A DNA stretch of 64,000 bases, taken from the NCBI GenBank assembly GCA_964371595.1, contig CAYJNJ010000004.1:15594-79593 (forward strand), in the 5' to 3' direction. The notes below the pieces were generated by a model. It saw only the letters and a program-made list of their open reading frames with translations, did no database searches and was not told where the DNA came from. The position numbers were made by a program, and so were the translations under genes. Origin of the DNA: an uncultured Bacteroidales bacterium. Lineage in GTDB: Bacteria; Bacteroidota; Bacteroidia; Bacteroidales; JAGOPY01. Positions 27,580 to 37,797 of the stretch are shown here, piece by piece. Every line of letters starts with the position of its first letter. Position 1 is the stretch's first letter.

Positions 27580-30500
27580 ATGAAAACAAACAATTTTTTT
27601 GTTTTGATGGCATTGATGTGCCTAACCTTATGGATAAAGCCTAGTGGGGCTTTGTCACAACCATTGACGGATTCTACCGCCAATTACTTCACGCTTACTG
27701 ATTATTATGACAACTATTATGATTCATTAATCCAACTCCGGGGGAGCGATAGCATGAAAGGTACCGGCTATAAAGACTACCTTCGGTGGAAATGGTTCTA
27801 TAGCACACGCCGGGGAGCAGATGGTGATATTGGAGAAATGTGGGAATCCATTCAGGATTATTATGATAATTTCCAGCCGCCACAAGGTTATACGGATAAT
27901 TCAGACTGGCAATTTTTCGGACCAATTGGTTTCCCTCTTGGGCACAATGGAATTCCAAGTGATAATACCGGCAAGGGTATGATGCTCTCTATCTGGGTTG
28001 ATGAGGGTGATCATTCGTTAATTTATGCAGGGAGCCATCATGGTGGACTTTGGAAAACAACAGATGGTGGCCAGAATTGGTTTCCGTTGCATGACGATGA
28101 TGTAAGAATTCACGGTGTTAATAGTATAGCAGTTGATCCTGTTGATAATGATATTGTGTATATAACAGGTAATACATCCTTAGGAGAACCATTCAGTAAG
28201 TATTCATCTGGATTATTTAAATCTACTGATGGAGGAGATTCATGGGATCAATTGAATCCAGGAATCAACTATCCAACTTCAAATCAGTCCTCAAGTGTCA
28301 GACAAATCATTGTGGACCCAACAGATCCGGATAATCTATATCTCATTAGTTACCGGAATGTATTCCGCTCAAAAGATAAAGGAGCAAACTGGGAAACAGT
28401 ATTTTTCAAAAAGTATGATCATTGGAATGATTCGACATCATATATGTGGCATAATGGGTTATGGGATTTTGAAATTGCACCCTGGGATACTTCGATGGCT
28501 TACCTGGCTGGTAGTGAGATTTTTAAAATTGAAAATCCAGTCGGAACGTTCGACACAACTAATATATCTGATGATGTTTTTCTTATCGGACTTGACACAA
28601 ATGATTACATGATCGACCATCCTCACCGTTGTGAAATCAGTATGCATAGTAATTATCCAGGTACAGTATGGTTTTGCTATGCATGCAGATACGAACGCAG
28701 TGGGGTTGAACAAGACTGGGACAGAATTGTCAGCTATGATGATACTAATGGATACCAAATAATTTATGATATGACTGAAACTTATTTTGGACCGGGATTA
28801 AGCGCAAGTAAACTCGAATTTGCTGTATCCCCATCCGATCCAGAAATTTTCTATTTAGGTGGAATTGGGATATATAAAATTGACGCTAACCAAATCCCAG
28901 CTGAACGAATCAACATTGCTGATAATACATCAGGTTATCCGGATAGTTGTTGGATTCATGTTGATATGCGCGACATGCAAATATTCAGCGATAGTGAAGG
29001 AAATGATACTTTGTATCTTGCAAATGATGCGGGAATTAGTTGGGGAACCCTTTTTAAAGGGGGAAATGGAGCTTGCTCTGATAACTCCTGGAATTGGAGG
29101 CATCCTTGTACATCGATTGAAAATGGGCTAAATGTAACTGAATATTATGGCATTGGCCTGAGTGAATCGGCACCTGATTTAATGGCAGGTGGTTGTCAGG
29201 ACTTGAGTAATATGCTTCAGAATGGCGATAAATGGGTTAATTTTGGCGATGGTGATGGTAGTGAAGTCACATGGGATCCTAATAATCCAAATATTTTTTA
29301 CTTTAGTGAATGGCAACTCGGATTGTTATATAGGACAAATGATCTGGGTGCAGATCCAAAACAATTCTTCGATATGGCGAAAGAAAGTCTTTTTATCCCG
29401 CTGGAACTCGATCCAAGAGATTCTTCTATCCTTTATTCCGGCGATACTAATCTTTATAAATTTACCGGAATAAATGATTTTTCGAGTCCAGTCTCTCATC
29501 AAACTATCCATGATTTCTCATATGGTATAACCGATATTGAAGCGGTTAAAGCATATATTAATTCGACATGGTTCTATGTTTCCACGTTAAAATCCTACCA
29601 TTCCTGGAGTTCCCCTCCTTCACCTTCCCAATATTCCGAATGCATTTACAGAATGGAAGCGAATGGCAGTAGCGCCTATGACATCAGTCCAAACCTGCTG
29701 GGTTGTCTTGATGGTGTTATTTCCGATATTGAAACGGATCCGGATGATAAGTATAAGCTTTGGGTTGCTTTTGCAGGATATTCCGTGAATAGCTCTCAAA
29801 AAAAGAAAGTATATACCTCTGCAAATGGGGGCAATTCATGGCAAGATTACTCACAAGGCCTTCCTTTGGGAATGCCGGTGTTTGAAATAAGGTATATTCC
29901 GGAGTATGATTATTTGTTAGCAGCAACTGATGTGGGGATTTTTAAAAGAACCACGCAAGATACGGCATGGTATCCTTTCAGCCAAAATCTGCCAGCCGGT
30001 AAGATTGTTACCGATCTGGAGGTGAATCTTGAATATAATACCATTGTGGCTTCTACTTTCGGGAGAGGCTTATGGAAAACTGCGGTTAAATGCGAATATA
30101 ATGAAACTCCGTGGACCATCAGGCAGGATTTGATCTGGGAAAGGGATACGATACTCGACAGAAGCATTGTGGTAGCAGATACGGTGACATTAACGATAAG
30201 GAATTGCAGAATTTATATGCCGGCAGATGCTAAAATTCTTGTCCAGCGCGGCGCTACACTGATACTTGATAACTGTACACTTACCAGTGCCTGCAATGAT
30301 CTGTGGTGGGGTGTGGAAGTCTGGGGAAATAACCATTATTCACAGGCAACCAGTGTCCAGGGAAAAGTTGAAATGAAAAACAATGCACTGATTGAAAAAG
30401 CCAGGAAAGCAATTTTCTGCGGAAAAAACATCGAAAATACCTACCCTGACTGGGCCTATACCGGAGGGATCGTGGATGCAAGGCAATCATTCTTTAAAAA

Positions 30501-32646
30501 TAACCGATACGGAGTCCAGCTATGGGCTTACCATTATCCACAGATTATGTGTAAATTTCAAGGCTGCAATTTCCAAACAACACAAGCCCTTGCTGATGGA
30601 TCATCACCTGAATATTTTATAACCCTTGTCCAGGTGAATGGAGTTGAAATAGCAGGTTGCGATTTTGAATATACTATCGACGGTGAACCTGATTTTACCA
30701 AGCACGGAAGAGGTATTTATTCATTGGATGCCGGTTATAGTCTTATTCCCAATCCTATCAATAACGACAAGGATACCTTAGAAAACCTGGATTATGGAGT
30801 TTTTGCACTGAAATTATATGAAAACCAGCCAATTGACATTCATGACGCGTATTTTGTGAAAAACCTGACCGGTGTGTATGCAAGTGGTATAGAAACACTT
30901 GATTTGTATAGCAATAAATTTCTGGTAGATACGGATTCTATCCCATCGGGTACCCAGATTTACGGAGGTGTGTATCTGGATCATTGCACAGGTTTTATTG
31001 TTGAAGAAAATTATTTTCACGGAAACCTGGGATTAATTGATGAAACAAATAGCATCGGGATAACTATAAATAATTCAGGAGATGCAAATAATGAAATATA
31101 TAAAAATACCTTCTACAGGATGTTTATTGGAACATTAGCACAAAATATAAACAGAAATAGCAAAGATCCGGATGCAGGTCTGAAACTCAACTGTAACGTT
31201 TATAACCTGAATGAATATGATATTGCGGTAACCGGTTCCCAAGGATGTAGTGAATGCGGTATTGCAAGGAATCAGGGATCACCATCTGTACCTGCAGGAA
31301 ACCTGTTTTCCAAAACCGGGATTCACCCGACAAGTGATTTCGATAACCAGATGGACTCTGTCTTTTATTATCATCACAGGGCAATTTTAGGCGGCACTAA
31401 CCTGTGGATCCCTTTATATATTTCAGATAGTGTTTTTCTGATTCCCACTCTAATTACTTGGTATGATACCACTTGTTCCTCTCGACTTGCATCAAAGACT
31501 GTAGAAATCAGTAAAAATCTTTATGAAACATCGCTAACAACTTCTGATTCCCTCAATAACTTGCTTCAACAATTAGTTGATGGTGGCAATACTTCCTTGC
31601 TTGAAATGGATGTTACATTTGCTGAACCTGATGATGCTCTTGATCTCCATGATGAATTACTTACTTATTCACCTTATCTTTCTGATACCATATTAATTAA
31701 ATCAGCTGAAAAGGAGGATGTTTTAGCGCCTGTAATGGTGAAAGAGATCATGGTCGCCAATCCGCAAAGCGCAAAATCAACTCAGGTGTTAGAGGCACTT
31801 GGAAACCGCCAGAATCCTTTACCGGATTATATGATGGCAGAGATTATGCAAGGGAAAGACTCGGTGGCTCATAAAGAACTGCTGGAGTCTGATCTTTCCT
31901 GGTGGGACTTACAAAAGGAAGTTGCGATGAACCAACTGATTCATTATTACAATATGGATACTTCATTGACCAGTCGCGACAGTATTATTGTGCTGCTGGA
32001 AGATGCAAATTCTCTTCATTCACAATACCGTTTGATGATGGCCTACTTTGAAAAAGGGGATACTATTTCGGCTATAAGCACCTTCGAAAGTATTCCCGAC
32101 CAGTTTGACCTGAATGCTTCTCAAAGTGTAATACATCAACATTGGAGCGATTTGATTGATGTAGTCGAGGAATTAAAGCATGATTCCAGTGCCTTGCATG
32201 AATTGGATTCTCTTCAGTTAGCATCTCTTGCTGAACTTTGCGTTTTTGAGGATTTACCCGGAACTTTATCCAGAAACATGCTTTATTACCTGGGTAAGGC
32301 AGAAACAGGGCCTTATTATATTTTACCGGAAAACCGGTTAAAATCTGATTACATTAAACCTGGTGCATTAACCGATCCGGCAAATAAGATAGATTCATTT
32401 ATTAAATTCTATCCAAATCCTGCTAAAAATTATATTATTGTGGAATATACATTTATTAGCAGTTTCGATGATGGTTTGCTATTTATATATTCCTCAGATG
32501 GAAAGTTGCAGTTCAGCAAATCCCTGGATAAGAATAAACATGATTTCATAATTAATACACGGGATTGGGAGCAGGGTGTTTATTTCTATAAATTTGTTAA
32601 CCAAGGTGATAGTGGAGAAAATGGGAAAATCATCATTTTAAAGTGA
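27580..32646 (+). CDS. Giant secreted T9SS cargo protein (1688 aa) with BNR/Asp-box propeller-like region and beta-helix-like region
   Basis: It has a signal peptide, Asp-box motifs (TTDGGQNW, STDGGDSW, SKDKGANW, SANGGNSW) and the C-terminus FYPNPAKNYIIVEY...GVYFYKF...IIILK. Confidence 0.75.
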   Translation: MKTNNFFVLMALMCLTLWIKPSGALSQPLTDSTANYFTLTDYYDNYYDSLIQLRGSDSMKGTGYKDYLRWKWFYSTRRGADGDIGEMWESIQDYYDNFQPPQGYTDNSDWQFFGPIGFPLGHNGIPSDNTGKGMMLSIWVDEGDHSLIYAGSHHGGLWKTTDGGQNWFPLHDDDVRIHGVNSIAVDPVDNDIVYITGNTSLGEPFSKYSSGLFKSTDGGDSWDQLNPGINYPTSNQSSSVRQIIVDPTDPDNLYLISYRNVFRSKDKGANWETVFFKKYDHWNDSTSYMWHNGLWDFEIAPWDTSMAYLAGSEIFKIENPVGTFDTTNISDDVFLIGLDTNDYMIDHPHRCEISMHSNYPGTVWFCYACRYERSGVEQDWDRIVSYDDTNGYQIIYDMTETYFGPGLSASKLEFAVSPSDPEIFYLGGIGIYKIDANQIPAERINIADNTSGYPDSCWIHVDMRDMQIFSDSEGNDTLYLANDAGISWGTLFKGGNGACSDNSWNWRHPCTSIENGLNVTEYYGIGLSESAPDLMAGGCQDLSNMLQNGDKWVNFGDGDGSEVTWDPNNPNIFYFSEWQLGLLYRTNDLGADPKQFFDMAKESLFIPLELDPRDSSILYSGDTNLYKFTGINDFSSPVSHQTIHDFSYGITDIEAVKAYINSTWFYVSTLKSYHSWSSPPSPSQYSECIYRMEANGSSAYDISPNLLGCLDGVISDIETDPDDKYKLWVAFAGYSVNSSQKKKVYTSANGGNSWQDYSQGLPLGMPVFEIRYIPEYDYLLAATDVGIFKRTTQDTAWYPFSQNLPAGKIVTDLEVNLEYNTIVASTFGRGLWKTAVKCEYNETPWTIRQDLIWERDTILDRSIVVADTVTLTIRNCRIYMPADAKILVQRGATLILDNCTLTSACNDLWWGVEVWGNNHYSQATSVQGKVEMKNNALIEKARKAIFCGKNIENTYPDWAYTGGIVDARQSFFKNNRYGVQLWAYHYPQIMCKFQGCNFQTTQALADGSSPEYFITLVQVNGVEIAGCDFEYTIDGEPDFTKHGRGIYSLDAGYSLIPNPINNDKDTLENLDYGVFALKLYENQPIDIHDAYFVKNLTGVYASGIETLDLYSNKFLVDTDSIPSGTQIYGGVYLDHCTGFIVEENYFHGNLGLIDETNSIGITINNSGDANNEIYKNTFYRMFIGTLAQNINRNSKDPDAGLKLNCNVYNLNEYDIAVTGSQGCSECGIARNQGSPSVPAGNLFSKTGIHPTSDFDNQMDSVFYYHHRAILGGTNLWIPLYISDSVFLIPTLITWYDTTCSSRLASKTVEISKNLYETSLTTSDSLNNLLQQLVDGGNTSLLEMDVTFAEPDDALDLHDELLTYSPYLSDTILIKSAEKEDVLAPVMVKEIMVANPQSAKSTQVLEALGNRQNPLPDYMMAEIMQGKDSVAHKELLESDLSWWDLQKEVAMNQLIHYYNMDTSLTSRDSIIVLLEDANSLHSQYRLMMAYFEKGDTISAISTFESIPDQFDLNASQSVIHQHWSDLIDVVEELKHDSSALHELDSLQLASLAELCVFEDLPGTLSRNMLYYLGKAETGPYYILPENRLKSDYIKPGALTDPANKIDSFIKFYPNPAKNYIIVEYTFISSFDDGLLFIYSSDGKLQFSKSLDKNKHDFIINTRDWEQGVYFYKFVNQGDSGENGKIIILK

Positions 32647-32672
32647 TACTAAATCCGAAAAGGAAAAGAGCG

Positions 32673-34217
32673 ATGAAAGCTAAACAAGTTTTAATAATTA
32701 TCATCCTTATCATTACCATTACCAGGGCCGGCTTCTGCCAGCCCTGGTATTTTAATGAAATATACAATCCAAATGAAACATGGGCTGGTGCATTGAGCAT
32801 AATCGGAACTGAAAATGGATATTTTGGATGTGCCATTTCAGGTGATAGTGTTTCGGACTATTTTTATAATGCCTGCACATTTTTGCTGGATGAAACAGGC
32901 AATCTTGTATCCTGGAATAATTTTGGGGAGTATGGATACGATTATTATCCAGGCTATTATGGTTCTTTGATTCCATCCCAGGATAGTTATTACGCTTTAT
33001 TTGGTGCTAGACAAAATTTATTCACTGGCCAGCTTGATGGAATATTTTTCAAATTCGATGCTTTTGGTGATACAATTTTCACCCGAATATTCAATAGTGA
33101 TTCATACAACAATTTAATAGGCAGGACATGCACACCAAATTCTGATAATGGTTTTGCCTTATTAGGTGAAGTTCAGAACTTTTCAGGTTATTCTGATGCT
33201 GTTTTAATTAAGACTGATAGTGCAGCGAATGAAATCTGGCGCAGTCAGTTAGGAACTGAAATAGATGATTGGGCTGTCAGCATTGCTCAAACCGCTGATT
33301 CAGGGTATATCCTTGGAACCTGGGCATATATTCCAGTTCAGATTGTCACAGCAGATCCTATTGTAATTAAAACTGACAACAAAGGAAATTTTGAATGGTC
33401 ATAGAATTTAGGAGGACCCTATGGGGATGATAAAGCTATGGTTTGTAATACCCAAGATAGCTGTATCATGGTCCTTACCGCTTATGCTGACTCTATGTGG
33501 TCCTCTGAATATGCATATACCAAAATCAATTTGATCAAGATTGATCTTGAAGGAAATATCATATGGAATAAAAAATATGGAGCTTCAAGACCGGTAAATT
33601 TTATTTCCAATATTATTTCTTTGGATAATGGTGATTTCATAGCATGTGGTTATACCAAAGATCTTGGATATGCTTTCAGAATCGGATGGCTGTTTAAATT
33701 TAATGGAAATGGGGATAGTTTATGGTATAGAGAATATTACTACTATTTAGACAATCGTAGTGAAGCAGAAAATTATTTATATGATATTTCTTCAACAGAA
33801 GATGGTGGATTTATTGCCACTGGTCAGGCTTATACTTTATCTCCTACAAACTACCTTCCGAAAATCTGGGTATTAAAAGTAGATAGTGTTGGCTGTGAGA
33901 TACCGAATTGCTGGGTAGGGATTGAGGAAGACGATAAGACGGGAAGACGGGAGGACGGGAAGACGGAAAGACTCAGCGTTTGGCCAAACCCGGCAAAAAG
34001 CATTGTCAATTGTCGATGGCCGATGGGCGAGTGTCGAGGGGATTTGATATTGATGATTTATGATATGTTTGGGAGAGAGGTTGATGTTTTTAACATACCC
34101 GATGGGCAAAACGAATTTCGGGTCAATATTGAAGATTATCCCTCCGGAGTATATCTTGCTGTGCTCAGAGAAGGGCATGTCGAAGTTTCTAATACAAAAT
34201 TCATCATTTCAAAATGA
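32673..34217 (+). pseudogene. T9SS cargo paralogue (SBBP-like beta-propeller repeats) interrupted by one in-frame TAG at 33402-33404
   Basis: ORFs 32643-33404 and 33438-34217 are in the same frame. Together they are collinear with the intact 525-aa paralogue at 34214-35791. FEWS*NLGGPYGDDKAMVCNTQDSC aligns with LEWTLNLGGPFLDDRAMLCNTPDSC. Confidence 0.65.
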
Positions 34218-35791
34218 AAGTCAGAACGGGATTAATTTTAATAATTCTTATCATTACCATTACCAGGGCCGGCTTCTGCCAGCCCTGGTATTTTAATGAA
34301 ATTTATAATCCTAATAATACCTGGGCAAATGGATTAAGCATTATTGCAGCGGATTCAGGATATTTTGGATGCGCTGTATCTCCACTTACCGATCCGGGAT
34401 ATTTACATGCCAACACTTTTGTTTTAGACTTAAATGGAGAAATGACGCATTGGCATTCTTTCGGAAGAGAAGGGGCAAATTTCTATGCCGGTGATGAGGG
34501 CTCGTTGACAGTTTGTAATGGTGGTTTTGGGTTGTTTAGTTCAGTACATGATTATAAAAATGATTCTCATCATGGAATTTTCTACAAATTCAATCAAAAT
34601 GGCGATACAATCTTTACCAGTTTGTTTAGTAATGACAGTATTTATAACACCTTAGTGGGAAGAACCTGCACTTCAACAAATGACGGCGGTTTTGCTTTGG
34701 CTGGAGGTGTTTCGATTGATTACGGATTTAATGACATTATTTTAATCAAAATTGATTCAAATGGGAATGAACAGTGGAGATCATATATGGGAACAGATCT
34801 GAGTGATTGGGTAAAAAGCATCATTCAAACCTCAGACGGAGGATATGCCATTGGTAGCTGGACACGTATCCCATGGGAACTCGAAACTGCCGATCCGGTG
34901 GTCTTTAAAACAGACAGCCTGGGCACTCTGGAATGGACCCTTAATTTAGGCGGGCCTTTTTTGGATGATCGAGCTATGCTTTGTAATACGCCTGACAGTT
35001 GTATTACTGCGCTTACAACCATTGCCGATTCTATGATAACTCCAGATTTTTCATATAATCGAACAACGATTGTGAAAATAAATCTTCAAGGTGATACTTT
35101 ATGGACAAAGAAGTATAAAACCGGTCAAACAATTAATTACATTTCAAACATTATATGCACTCAAAATGGAGACTTTTTAGCCTGTGGCACATCACAGATC
35201 TCAGTAGCTCTTCCGCATGCAGGCTGGCTTTTCCGTTTAGATTCAAATGGAGATAGCCTCTGGTATAGGGATTATTATTACTACCCGGAAGACCCTACCT
35301 ATGGAAGTAATTACTTGAGTGATGTGTCATTGACGTCAGATAATGGATTTGTAGCAATAGGTGATGCTTCCACAATCTATCCTCCCAATAATGAAAATAA
35401 AATTTGGGTTCTAAAAGTTGATAGCATTGGATGTGAGTTTCCGAATTGCTGGGTAGGAATCGAAGAGCATGGAGTCATGGAGGCAGGGGGGCATGGAGGC
35501 ATGGAGATATTTCCGAATCCAGCCAGCGGAGAAATTCATGTACGATTGAACATGGACGATGGACGATTTAACAATCATTTGACATTAGGCATTTACGATA
35601 TTTTTGGTCGTATGGCTCCGGCCCGAACACTCTCCTCCCCCCGGATGGGGGGAGGCCGGGAGGGGGGCAAAGAGGGTGAGGGAGCTAATTGGGTGCTAAA
35701 CGTCATGGAATTGCCGACGGGAGTCTATCTTGCCGTGGTGAGAGAAGGAACCACCATTGTGGCGAGGGGAAAGTTTGTAGTTGCACGCTAG
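34214..35791 (+). CDS. Secreted T9SS cargo protein with SBBP-like beta-propeller repeats; CTD contains a GC-palindrome-derived insert
   Basis: Its signal peptide is nearly identical to that of the upstream paralogue. It has repeated DGG(F/Y)A..G...D..LIK.D..G...W units and the CTD FPNPASGEIHV...GVYLAVVREG...KFVVAR. Confidence 0.75.
   Translation: MKVRTGLILIILIITITRAGFCQPWYFNEIYNPNNTWANGLSIIAADSGYFGCAVSPLTDPGYLHANTFVLDLNGEMTHWHSFGREGANFYAGDEGSLTVCNGGFGLFSSVHDYKNDSHHGIFYKFNQNGDTIFTSLFSNDSIYNTLVGRTCTSTNDGGFALAGGVSIDYGFNDIILIKIDSNGNEQWRSYMGTDLSDWVKSIIQTSDGGYAIGSWTRIPWELETADPVVFKTDSLGTLEWTLNLGGPFLDDRAMLCNTPDSCITALTTIADSMITPDFSYNRTTIVKINLQGDTLWTKKYKTGQTINYISNIICTQNGDFLACGTSQISVALPHAGWLFRLDSNGDSLWYRDYYYYPEDPTYGSNYLSDVSLTSDNGFVAIGDASTIYPPNNENKIWVLKVDSIGCEFPNCWVGIEEHGVMEAGGHGGMEIFPNPASGEIHVRLNMDDGRFNNHLTLGIYDIFGRMAPARTLSSPRMGGGREGGKEGEGANWVLNVMELPTGVYLAVVREGTTIVARGKFVVAR
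35632..35690. repeat. GC-rich palindromic segment embedded in the T9SS CTD coding region
   Basis: Sequence CTCCTCCCCCCGGATGGGGGGAGGCCGGGAGGGGGGCAAAGAGGGTGAGGGA. It encodes LSSPRMGGGREGGKEGEG at the place where the paralogue has an unrelated short segment. Confidence 0.75.
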
Positions 35792-35830
35792 CGATAAAAT
35801 TACGCGATTGTCAATTGTGGTCCCGAATTT

Positions 35831-35921
35831 GCCACAAAAACACTAAATCACAAAATATCACAAAAATCTGATTTTTAAGTTAATACTTTTGTGTTCTTTA
35901 GTGTTTTCGTGCTTTAGTGGC
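35831..35921. repeat. 91-bp REPIN-like hairpin element, copy C (inverse orientation)
   Basis: It runs GCCACAAAAACACTAAATCACAAAATATCACAAAAATCTGATTTTTAAGTTAATACTTTTGTGTTCTTTAGTGTTTTCGTGCTTTAGTGGC. Its reverse complement aligns along its whole length with copies B and J, including the loop core. Confidence 0.9.
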
Positions 35922-35996
35922 AAAAAGGCTTTTCAGAATAGACCCAAATTTCAAATTTCAATTTTCAATTGACCATCACGTAATCCCTTAAAACCC

Positions 35997-36004
35997 TAAA
36001 TTTG
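35997..36004 (+). promoter_or_regulatory. -7 promoter box TAAATTTG upstream of amn
   Basis: TAnnTTTG match 14 nt before the ATG at 36018. Confidence 0.4.
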
Positions 36005-36017
36005 CAGAAAAACATTC

Positions 36018-36791
36018 ATGAAAACCAAGGAAGAAATTGTCAGGAACTGGTTGCCGAGATACACTGGGCTTGGGTTGAAGGATTTCGGGCATTATATACT
36101 GCTGACAAACTTCGATTATTACGTTGAGCTTTTTGCAGCCTGGCATAACGTGCCTGTTACCGGAAAAGACCGGCCGATGCCGAATGCCACGGCCAACAAT
36201 ATTACCATCATCAATTTCGGGATGGGGAGCTCGAATGCCGCTACGATCATGGACCTGCTCGGGGCTATCGAGCCAAAAGCGGTGCTGTTTTTAGGCAAAT
36301 GCGGCGGGCTGAAAAAGAAGAACGAAATCGGTGACCTGATCCTTCCCATTGCGGCTATCCGCGGCGACGGGACATCGAACGATTATTTCCCTGCAGAAGT
36401 GCCGGCATTGCCTGCCTTCAGCCTGCAAAAAGCCGTTTCCACCACCATCCGCGACCACCAGCACGATTACTGGACCGGAACGGTGTATACCACCAACAGG
36501 CGGGTGTGGGAATATGACGAAGATTTCAAGGAATACCTCAGGAAAATGCGCTGTATGGCCATCGATATGGAAACGTCGACACTCTTCATTGTCGGTTTTG
36601 CCAATTCCATCCCCTGCGGCGCGCTGCTGCTGGTCAGCGACCAGCCTATGATCCCCGAAGGGATAAAAACCGAAGAAACCGACAGGCAAGTCACCAACGA
36701 CCATGTGGAAAGCCACCTGCGGATAGGGATCGACTCTCTGAACCAGCTTATCAACGGCGGCCAGACCGTTAAACACCTCCGCTTCGAATGA
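36018..36791 (+). CDS. amn: AMP nucleosidase (short Bacteroidota form; nucleoside phosphorylase fold)
   Basis: 257 aa. NWLPRYTG...ILLTNF, FGMGSSNAAT and MAIDMETS are PNP/UDP-fold motifs and are typical of short AMP nucleosidases. Confidence 0.7.
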   Translation: MKTKEEIVRNWLPRYTGLGLKDFGHYILLTNFDYYVELFAAWHNVPVTGKDRPMPNATANNITIINFGMGSSNAATIMDLLGAIEPKAVLFLGKCGGLKKKNEIGDLILPIAAIRGDGTSNDYFPAEVPALPAFSLQKAVSTTIRDHQHDYWTGTVYTTNRRVWEYDEDFKEYLRKMRCMAIDMETSTLFIVGFANSIPCGALLLVSDQPMIPEGIKTEETDRQVTNDHVESHLRIGIDSLNQLINGGQTVKHLRFE

Positions 36792-37795
36792 GCAACATGA
36801 CTTTTGAACAGATCACCGGAGATCTCAAAAAGAAGATCTACCACCCGGTTTATCTTCTTCACGGGGATGAACCGTATTTCATCGATGCGATCTCTGACCT
36901 GATCGAAGCAAGCGTCCTGACCGAAACGGAAAAGGAGTTCAACCAGTACGTAATTTACGGACGCGACACGGATACGGGGAACATTATCGATATGGCAAGG
37001 CGGTTCCCTATGATGGCCAATTACCAGGTTGTTATCGTGAAAGAGGCGCAGGATATCGATAAACTGGAAAACCTGCAGCCTTACGTGGATAAGCCGCAGT
37101 CGTCCACCATACTTGTCATCGCCCATAAATACAAAAAGATTGACAAGCGAAAAAGCTTTGCCAGGAGCGTTGAAAAAGCAGGGGTACTTTTCGAATCATC
37201 ACGGCTTTACGATAACCAGGTGCCGGCATGGATCAATGAGCAGATCAGGGCAAAAGGGTGCAGCATAAAACCGGAAGCTTCCCAGTTGCTGTCGGAATAC
37301 CTGGGTACCGACCTTGGACGGATCAGCAACGAGATAGAAAAGCTGCTGATCAACCTGCCGGCAGGAAGTACCATTGACGGCACGCTGATTGAGCGCAATA
37401 TCGGGATCAGCAAGGATTACAATATTTTCGAACTACAAAATGCCCTTGGCGCCAAGGATGTCAGAAAAGCCAACCGCATTATCAACTACTTTTCTGCCAA
37501 TACAAAACAGAACCCTACGATTGTGGTGATTACCGTTCTTTTCGGCTTTTTCATGAAGCTGATGATCTACCACCAGCTCGCTGACAAATCCAGGAATGTT
37601 GCTGCTGCCGCCCTCGGCGTGAACCCTTTCTTCATGAAAGATTACATCCAGGCTGCAGAGAATTATCCCCTGCGGAAATCCAGGGCTGTGATCGGATTAT
37701 TAAGGGAATATGATTTGCGGCTGAAAGGGATAAATAACGGGTCGACGGATGAGAGCGAACTCCTCCGCGAACTGGTTTTCAAGATATTACACTAA
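36788..37795 (+). CDS. holA: DNA polymerase III subunit delta
   Basis: 335 aa. The N-terminus is YLLHGDEPYFID, and the length and helical C-domain fit. There is a 4-nt ATGA overlap with amn. Confidence 0.8.
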   Translation: MSNMTFEQITGDLKKKIYHPVYLLHGDEPYFIDAISDLIEASVLTETEKEFNQYVIYGRDTDTGNIIDMARRFPMMANYQVVIVKEAQDIDKLENLQPYVDKPQSSTILVIAHKYKKIDKRKSFARSVEKAGVLFESSRLYDNQVPAWINEQIRAKGCSIKPEASQLLSEYLGTDLGRISNEIEKLLINLPAGSTIDGTLIERNIGISKDYNIFELQNALGAKDVRKANRIINYFSANTKQNPTIVVITVLFGFFMKLMIYHQLADKSRNVAAAALGVNPFFMKDYIQAAENYPLRKSRAVIGLLREYDLRLKGINNGSTDESELLRELVFKILH

Positions 37796-37797
37796 GT

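Noticed and set aside
1096-33404. I considered stop-codon reassignment (an alternative genetic code) as the cause of the in-frame TAA in moaC and TAG in the T9SS paralogue.
   Set aside because: All the other roughly 50 genes end at TAA, TAG or TGA at the lengths expected for their families, and none needs read-through. Two isolated nonsense positions fit mutation or sequencing error much better.
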